Shown here one piece after another: positions 34,301 through 64,000 of a DNA stretch of 64,000 bases. Numbering within the stretch: the first letter of the stretch is position 1; each line of letters starts with the position of its first letter. A program made the translations under genes and the position numbers. The stretch lies in the NCBI GenBank assembly GCA_051362555.1, contig CM120643.1:21456848-21520847 (forward strand), given 5' to 3'. The notes beneath the pieces are model-generated. The model made no database searches, was not told the origin of the DNA, and saw only the letters and a list, made by a program, of their open reading frames with translations. Source of the DNA: Lingula anatina. Taxonomy: Eukaryota; Animalia; Brachiopoda.

Positions 34301-35998
34301 TGTCTTGGAATATGAGGATGAGGAGGATGCAGAAGATGAAGATGATGATGATGATGATGGAGGTTGGATAACACCTTCTAATATTCATCAAATTCGCCAG
34401 CAGATGGGGGATCACAATACACAGAGAGCAGATGTTGAAGTTGGATGTATTACCACAGATTTTGCAATGCAGGTGAAACTGACAGAATTTTTGTTCTCTC
34501 TAAAAGTATAAAATTACCCTGTGCTTAATTGTGAACAACTTGTAGTGAATGTTCAGGTTGTCATTAGAGATTGCCTATAGCTACAATAGGGCATATGTAT
34601 TTCTTGGATCTTCTTAAAACATCTTAAAGTGTTCAAATAAATTCTTGTAAGTTTTTCTTATTTTGTATGTTTGAATTTTGTGTTTTCCATTACAAAATGT
34701 CATTTCTTTATTTCTGGTCTTTTCTTTGTTTCAGAATGTACTAATTCAGATGGGACTGAATGTGGTCTCCGTGGATGGAATGCTTATTAAACAAGCTAAG
34801 AGTTATGTACTAAGGTGCTTTGCTTGCTTCAAGTAAGTTTAAAACTCTTAGACTTTTAAAGCAATTTACTGATGTTTTTATACAATCAACATCTTTAGAA
34901 GATTTAGAAGAACACACGTTTAATTTGACTGTATTACAATTGATTTAAAGGGGAGATTGAAACGAAATTGGAATGGTAAATTTCCAAATTACCTTATTTT
35001 GATGATGAACATTTTTTGCTGAAATGAAATATTCCTAAAAGTTTGGAACAGTCTGCCTCTACACAGATTGATGATATGATTACATTTAAATTGCTTGTAA
35101 AGACACGTCTTCAAAAGTTTTTATGCGCAGAATTTATTTCCATTTAAGTTTCAGTAAGGCAGCCAATATGAACTTCAGGTAAAGTGCACTGAGGCGTACA
35201 CAAATTGGAAAAAACAATCAATATCATTTTAAGGGTTGTTGTTTTGATTACTTTTTCTACAATGTAATAGTAAGTCCACTTCAATTGCAGAATCACCACC
35301 AACATGATGAAGGCGTTTTGTCCCAACTGTGGCAACCAGACCCTCCAGAAGATAGCCATGACGGTGGGTGATGACGGCTCAGTGCATTACCACCTCTCAA
35401 GGAGGAAACCTGTTACAGCGCGGGGGTTGAAGGTAACCTACTCAGCACTCTCTTATCTATATATTTTTCTATTACTCCTATGAAACCAGTGTCATGTTGC
35501 TTGTCTTCTTTTTTGTTAAGTGAAAGACAGTATGTACAAAATAATAAGTTCACTGGGTTCTCTGTTTTCACAGAACTTTATTCTAGAGTGACTAGAGATG
35601 AAAGTCTTAGGATTGATCCAAAAGTATGGATACTTTGGTATTGTACTAGTAGTTATGTAGTATATATTTCTTTCTCAAATTGTACTAAGACTGATTGGAC
35701 TCTGTTGTTATATTTATTATTCCAGTACTCCCTTCCCACACCAAAGGGTGGTAAGCATGCTGTGAACCCCATCCTGTGTCCGGACCAGCCTGTCCCTCAC
35801 AACAGAGTGGGCAAGATAGCCAGTAAGGGGAAACTTAATGTATTTGACCCAGATTTCATAGCAAGCTCCTCCCCTTTCTCACAGAATGACATCCACAGCA
35901 GGGCAGCTCAGCTCGGTCTCCGTGGCAACAAAGGGGACCCTTGGAGTAATAGGAGAAACCCCAATGAGGGGAAGAGGAAACGAGGCAGAAGGAAATAG
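31240..35998 (+). CDS. NOB1: NOB1, 20S pre-rRNA site D endonuclease (PIN domain + zinc ribbon), 8 exons
   Basis: Exons 31240-31305 (MGSVVKHLVVDSGAFIRNAPIK), 32231-32363, 32891-33024 (TGDYASLSAVDLQVLAL), 33312-33386, 33966-34472 (acidic tract, GGWITPSNI, TTDFAMQ), 34735-34832 (LRCFACF), 35291-35432 (FCPNCGN), 35726-35998 (stop TAG); all phases consistent. Confidence 0.96.
31831..32055 (+). mobile_element. MITE family C (PIF/Harbinger/Tourist-like), NOB1 intron 1
   Basis: TIR-like ttcccagagatttagat...atctaaaagtctatggaaa; high similarity to 32447-32671. Confidence 0.8.
32447..32671 (+). mobile_element. MITE family C, NOB1 intron 2
   Basis: gggtgcattccca...tgggaatggggtc with a 3-bp TAT flank on both sides. 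Confidence 0.8.
33520..33684 (-). mobile_element. Fragment of a DINE/HINE-like element
   Basis: ttgctaacagacagac-(aaac)n-...ttgggcagaagta end, same end as 45193-45368. Confidence 0.55.
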
Positions 35999-38900
35999 TG
36001 TTGTTACACTCGGGTTTGAGCCCTTTACAGAATGTTACAATTAACAAGAAAAATAATTAAAATACAGCACCTGGTTGTCTTCTTTTTTTTACAATATGAA
36101 GGAAGTGCGAGTAACTTCATGCAATATAATTTTAAATGACACGCGGAGAAATTTTGTTTAACATTTGTTTAACTGTTTACTTGTTAGCAAGGTGAGCACT
36201 GTAAGCATGACATACTATGTTAAAACTTGAACTTACCAGGTTATGTCACTTAACATCCAACTTTCACAATTGATATTTGAATCAAAGGATTCCATGTTCA
36301 TGTGTAATTTATATGCTTGCCACTATAAATTTTCTAAATATTGGCTGTCAGAGAAGTAAGCAATGTGCTTATCTTGCATTTATTTATTATTAACATACAA
36401 ATGGTCTCACAAGTCAGTTCTGTTTGTATAGGAGCATACAAAGTGTAGGGGAATCTGTCATGTTTTGTAAGGGTTTACAAATAAAAATAAAACAGACAAA
36501 TGCATTAAACTTTGACATTTTTATTATTTTTATTTCATTTTGTTTTACATACTCATACATGAACTATAGGTTGCATAAAATACTTTTTGTGTACGATGGC
36601 TGCTTGACTCCATAGAAATATACTCTGTTTTACACTTAGTTACAAGGTTATATGAAAGTTGAAATTCCTATGCAAAATCCCTTTGACTTGACCTGTACAT
36701 ATGTATATAGCATAAGTTTATTATCAACTCAACAAAAAACAAAATAAACACTTCGTATGTTGCTATGGAAGAGAATTGATATGTACAAGGCTACAAGAAG
36801 TTGATATAGCAAGTCTTGATAAGTCTTAATATGATAATAACATTCAGACTCTTCGTTTGCAAAAATCTTAACTATCCTTTGTGAAATAAAACATTTTCCA
36901 CATGCGATACACATAGTGTTCAAAATTTTCAATCCTTTCAATGTTTAAAACTACCCTTTATTTTAAAAAAGTAGCACAATATTTGACACGGTATGTATAC
37001 ATACATATACTCTTTATCATACAACTTGAACATTATGTACAAATGTTTTTGTTTAAAAATAATATAAATACCCTGTTATTTGCTGCTGGGTTAAAATAAA
37101 TGAGTTCATACCACACAATGCAGAGTGGGCTAAAAAGATCACTTTCCATTCAAAATTAATATGCACCAGGCAGATGCCATAAAATGTACCAAATGTTTCA
37201 CTCATACTGAGATGGTAAGGAAAATAAAACTGATGTCCCTCCTATCCAACCTTTCTTCTTTAAGCTATTTAATTTTGAAACTTCAGTTTTGATGTCAACA
37301 TCTTTGGGTATTGTGTCAACCCTACATGTAAGTATGCACCATCACTTAGCATACATGGCAACAAATGAACTTTCTGCACATTTAGAAAAATTCCTTATTT
37401 CAATACTTGCAGGATAAAAATTGTACACCCATCTAGTATTACTAGGATACACGTCATATGTGGGATCTACAGTGCAACCTGGCCTAACTCACATTTCACT
37501 TGCCCTACATAGTTACACATAATTTTATGCAAATGTGGAAATAAAATGAAGTGCTGACCCTATATCCCCCCCCCCCCCCCCCCCCCCCCCCCATTCCAAA
37601 GTGGAGTCGAGCTGAAAAGCTACAAGCTGAGAGAAGAACAATTGTGTTCAGTGTAACAGACTGAAATGTTATTGTGTAAGACATGACAAAATATCATTGA
37701 GGCATGTTTGATGTGAGGGTTAATGTGCTTGTCTCGTAAAATGCTAAAAAAGCCCTGCAAATAACAAATTTAGACAAAAAAAAAGAAGAGATTTAAGGCC
37801 CAGAATTGTAGGATTCGATACCTTGTGCAGACTTCTACAAAATAAATGTGTCCTAAATTAATTTTAAACAGACTTTGTAGCAGCCAACAAAGTTCTCAGT
37901 TTTCTTTATGGCATGGAGAAATATACATTTGATAATATACCCAAGTCATAAAAATATACAAACATATAACCTAGACAATTATCTGTAAATGACAACATAA
38001 ACATTTTAAGTTTTTCGTTACAGATCTTCAATACGACCTCTTCATATTTTTTGTAGAAACCAATAAATAACAAAAATAATGTACATAATAATTCAAAGCA
38101 TCTGATTGACTTATACAGCAAACTATATTTTTACTACAAATAACTTAAAAACTTCTCAATGTCACCTGCAGAACAGACCCAAGTAAGAAGTTAGAACATA
38201 ACAAATAAAACATTTTTATCATCTTTGATGATAAGTTTTGAAAATACTATTCTCTTCTCTGCCAAAGTCTAAAATAACCTTTGATTTTACATAGCAAATG
38301 GGTCTACCTCAACATATTTATGTGCACCATAGCGATCAAAACAGATATGATGAGGAAATCATTTTACATGTAATCTTCTAACCCTGGACTGCTAGTTCTA
38401 CAAGAATAAATGTGGTTTCTAATCACGCATGCTGAGATCATCTCCCACTTTTACTGAGATCATTTACTTCATTTGAAAACCACTTCAGTAACTGATACAC
38501 TACAGGATTCAAATTGCAGACCATGCTCTATGGCATATTAAAGCTTTACTTTCTGCTGCACATAGTAAATATCTAAAACAGCAGTAAAAATTTGAAATGA
38601 CTGATTTAAAAAAACCCATAACAGTGGATGCAGCCAGTTTTTCAGACTTCTGTTGAACAGTCATGGATTAAAAAAAATTCAAATCTGTTCATTTTCTTGT
38701 GAAAAAACCCGTAAGCATCAACACACTTAACTGAAATTTGTCCAAAAATAAAATAATACTATAAAAGCAAATTCCATTCATCGTAATCATAAATATATCT
38801 ACTAAATGAATGAATAAATAAACAAAACAAACACTTAAGGCATTTGCACAAGTATTTGACCGATTCACAACAGGGCAGTCCTTAAAAGGGTCCCCATAAG

Positions 38901-40819
38901 CACCTAATTCAGACTATGGTAATCTGTCACAAATTAAAAACAAGACATCTCTTCAAATATTTTGTGCTTTTCTAGATTTTTTTCATCAGTTCCTAATTAA
39001 GTGTGTTCTATTACGAATTGCTATTCGAAACCTCAAATGTTATTTACAGGAATATCAAACAAAATCAAACTTTATACTATGAAATATAGATAAATATTTA
39101 GTTGTAACTTACTGTAATTACCGTAGAGCTGTTTTTATTAAAATTATAGTATTCTGCATCATATTAAATGCATTCAAAAGAATATCCAAGACAGAAACTC
39201 ATAACTTAACAAAAAAAAAAAAAAAAAAAAAAATCCTGCACAAAATTTTGATATTCTGAATATGCAGTGATAAACATCTAGGATGCAACAAAGGGCACTC
39301 ATTGGCAGCAAATCACAGATGCGAAAGATGGCAATTCTTGTCACAAAGCACCATCTTAACCCTGACCTCACAACAACCAAATGCAATACAATATAATCTC
39401 ATTTTTAGGGAAAAAATCTTCAGCTTACATATATTCTATTTCATTTATCAAACAAGTCTGCATATTTTAGGAATTTGTGGTCTGTGTAGTTGCAGTAGGT
39501 GAGACAGCATACAATACAATACAACCTACACAATGCGGTAGTTCCGCCAATGAACTGGAGGGGACACGTTTTATGCCTTTGGTGTGACAGCACAAAAATG
39601 ACCTGCTGGAATCAGCAAACTTAAGTGGCAAACTTCAGGTGGGCATAAACAAGCAGCTGTGTATGTTTCTGAAGCTAGTTGCTTCTTAAGAAACTAATGA
39701 GGTACTGTTTTTCAAGGCAACTTAGAATTAAAAATTCTACTGCAAAGTGTATAGTGCCTGGGTAGTTACACATCCCCCAGATTAGGATAACACTATCACA
39801 GAAAGCAATTATCAAATAGAAGATTCCAGTTGTCCGGTACAGAGCCTTTCCTACCTGGCTATCTATCACAGGGATTTTCATTCATCACTGACTAAGCTTT
39901 TACACAATAAGTTACCAGGCCAGATATAATCGCAAAAAAATAAGTAGTGGTTTTGCGGAAAAAAAGATAAACAAACTTGCATGCACAAATGGCAAGGGAT
40001 TATTGAGGCAGTTGTATACATTTTCCAATTTAATAGCATCATAACAAAGCTCTATCCAGAATAAATAATAAGTAAATAATCATCTGGTTTCTAAAGTGAC
40101 AACATGCAAGACACTTCTTGCAAAAAAAGAAAAGATTTTAAAAAAATTATACTAATAGTTCCCCAGTCTGCTACACAGTTCACCGTCAACTTACATTTTG
40201 CCATTACATGTCTGATTATCATCCAATCTAATACAAAAGATAACTTAATCTCAATAAATACACCAGTCAATTCCGTTCATTGGCACATAAAACCTGCTCC
40301 TTCTACATTTTAAAATGTTGAAGAATAAAGCATAGCCTAAGTTCTACTCTATTCTTGAGCTGAGTTTTAACATTTAAAAAAAATCAACATGCACAATCCT
40401 TACCAGGCTTGACAGTGGCAAACCAGGAGGTCACAACCCCCGTCTCTACCCCTCTCCCATTATGGCACCTTACACAAAAAGATGTCCCCCCAAGATATGT
40501 TGGTACATATTTGACTTGTACTGGACAGTGCAGCACACAGCCTTAAATCAGTCCTGACTTACCTCTGTTTCTAACACATTTCCACTTATATTGCCACTAT
40601 ATGATAATATGGATTTTGCATCAGTTTCAAACTTATCTCATGCTGCACCCTACACTATTCTATCTGAAACAAAGAGTTCTAAAGCACACTCAAAATTCAT
40701 TTGATAATGTACGATGCCACCAGGTTCCAATCTGTGTAAAGCCTATGGGATACTGTACAAAATGTATTTATAAAATTTCAGATTCTACACTGGTCTCAGC
40801 TGTACATGCTACATGAAAG

Positions 40820-40888
<69 letters not shown>
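40820..40888. repeat. (TA)n microsatellite
   Basis: Directly visible. Confidence 0.95.
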
Positions 40889-40889
<1 letters not shown>

Positions 40890-41610
40890 TAAAGATGTGT
40901 CAGAAATCATATGGCGAGATACAACTTAGATCGAACATTTTAATTTAATAATAATATGTTTTTTGACTAGTGTTTAAACTGTACACTTGATATGACTAAA
41001 GAATGGCAGATTGTGTGATCTTATTACTAGTAAAGGCTGTGACTTTGATAATGCATAATATTCACAAGATTTCAACCCATCCAATACCTAACATGTGTGC
41101 TATTGGCCCTTACACATATACAGAACATTTGAGTGCAATCGATGCATTGCTGGGGAAATGTTTTTGCTCCACTTTTCAGCATGTGTTGAAATACTGCAAT
41201 CTAATATTCTAGAGTTCATCCGAACCTTACTTTACTACTGCATTTCTAGTTATTATACTATTATTTAATACCCATTAAGTTGATACTTGTTAATGAAACG
41301 ATCATGACTTTCCTCAGAATGCAAGTTTGGTGGATACCCTGTTGTGTTCAGGTATAAACCATAAAGTGATCAATTTTGATCAAAGCTGTTGTCTTCAGAA
41401 CTGTTTGCTTCATGACGCTGATTCAACTAAATCTCAATATCAAAGAGCATGTTCTTGTGATCTGAAAAATGAATCTTGCAAAATGTCTCCATGTCCACAA
41501 ACCAGAACACTCATAAATCAACAATTATTTGATATGCCTCACTGTCCCCCTGTGACTTCCATAATATTTAATGTTACACAGAACACAATGGGATCTTCTG
41601 TTGAGCTAAG

Positions 41611-41940
41611 GCTAAATGTCACAGCTAACACAATATTATCCTACAGCAGAGGACATATCCTGGCTACACCACTCCATTCCAGCTAAATATCACAACTAAC
41701 ACATTATTATCCTTGTATAATAAAAACCCTGACTCCAGCTCCAGCTAGATGTAAGCATGAACACATTATTAGACCAGAATAAGGGATAAATGCTGGTGAC
41801 ACCACTCCAACTCCAGCTTAATGTCACAACTAGCACAATTTTATCCTAAAAAAGGGGAAATCCTGGTGACTCCAGCTAAATGTCATAACTGGTACAATAA
41901 TATCCTAAAATAGGGGATAAATCCTGGTGATACCATTCCA
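41611..41940. repeat. 5 degenerate ~62-71-nt tandem units in the ZCCHC14 3' UTR
   Basis: Repeated ccagctaaatgtcacaactaacaca.t.ttatcct...atcctggtgac, starting ~100 nt after the stop codon. Confidence 0.8.
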
Positions 41941-42045
41941 CATATAACTGTGTTATATTGAAAATATAGAAATACAACGTGCAGATGTGAAGAAGAAAAG
42001 TGAGCCTCTGTTGCTTGAAATTGTCTACTTTTACTCTGCCCCTTG

Positions 42046-60568
<18,523 letters not shown>

Positions 60569-61065
60569 GGTGCAACGACGTTTCCTTAACCTTTCGCTGC
60601 TTTCAAGAATATTTTCGACAGATTTTATCCTTCGGTCGCCATACAATCTCTAGGTCAGACATCCGGGGAATTGGAAGATGAAAGTTTACGGGCTGCAAAT
60701 TATCTATAATATGATTGGATCATTTCTAGTTCAAGTGACTGAAATGCCATACATATCAATAAAAATAAAACATATTTGTGTTTTTTATGAGAGGTGCTGA
60801 TAAATTATTTTATTAAAATACCATAAGAATATATCTTTATTTATTGTTTATCCCATTTTTATTCAATACTTGTTGAGAAATCATTATTTAGCAGTTATTA
60901 TGTTTATTTTACTTGGTATATAAGGGAATAATTACTACCAATAAAAAGCCACAAAATAAAAACAATCTGCCCGTATTAAAAGAGCATGGCAGCCCCCATA
61001 AGAACGGCACATCGTACTTAAAACATTTACTGTAAGCTTTTCTCTGTTAAAGAAAGTCTGACAAA
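60569..61065. promoter_or_regulatory. Divergent promoter region between ZCCHC14 and KLHDC4
   Basis: The two start codons are 497 nt apart on opposite strands. Confidence 0.6.

Positions 61066-64000
<2,935 letters not shown>

Noticed and set aside
60569-60646. Upstream in-frame extension of the ZCCHC14 exon 1 ORF in the track
   Set aside because: It starts at a non-ATG codon; the ATG at 60568 has a strong CACCATGG context and begins the conserved domain

Overview
AT-rich, intron-rich animal genomic DNA, probably a lophotrochozoan invertebrate such as a mollusc (inferred from repeat types and protein similarity). Four spliced genes form two head-to-head pairs: a NEDD4-family C2-4xWW-HECT E3 ligase (ITCH/WWP/Su(dx) type, minus strand, 3' end beyond the window start) facing NOB1 (+), and ZCCHC14/ZCCHC2 (minus) facing KLHDC4 (+, truncated at the window end). 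WWP2-NOB1 and ZCCHC14-KLHDC4 are also neighbours on human 16q. The strongest signal is a duplicated 72-nt exon pair at the start of the HECT domain. Its synonymous divergence suggests purifying selection, and it is flanked by a candidate docking-site/competing-selector RNA pairing and by QKI/RBFOX motifs, consistent with mutually exclusive splicing. Also seen: three independent tandem duplications anchored on exon-intron junctions, a 7.5-kb nest of Helentron-associated non-autonomous elements, CAG-ended transposons with 5-bp TSDs (one with a transposase zinc-finger relic), and Harbinger-like MITE clusters. Exon coordinates were read by eye from splice signals and reading-frame continuity. No database search, folding or expression analysis was run.
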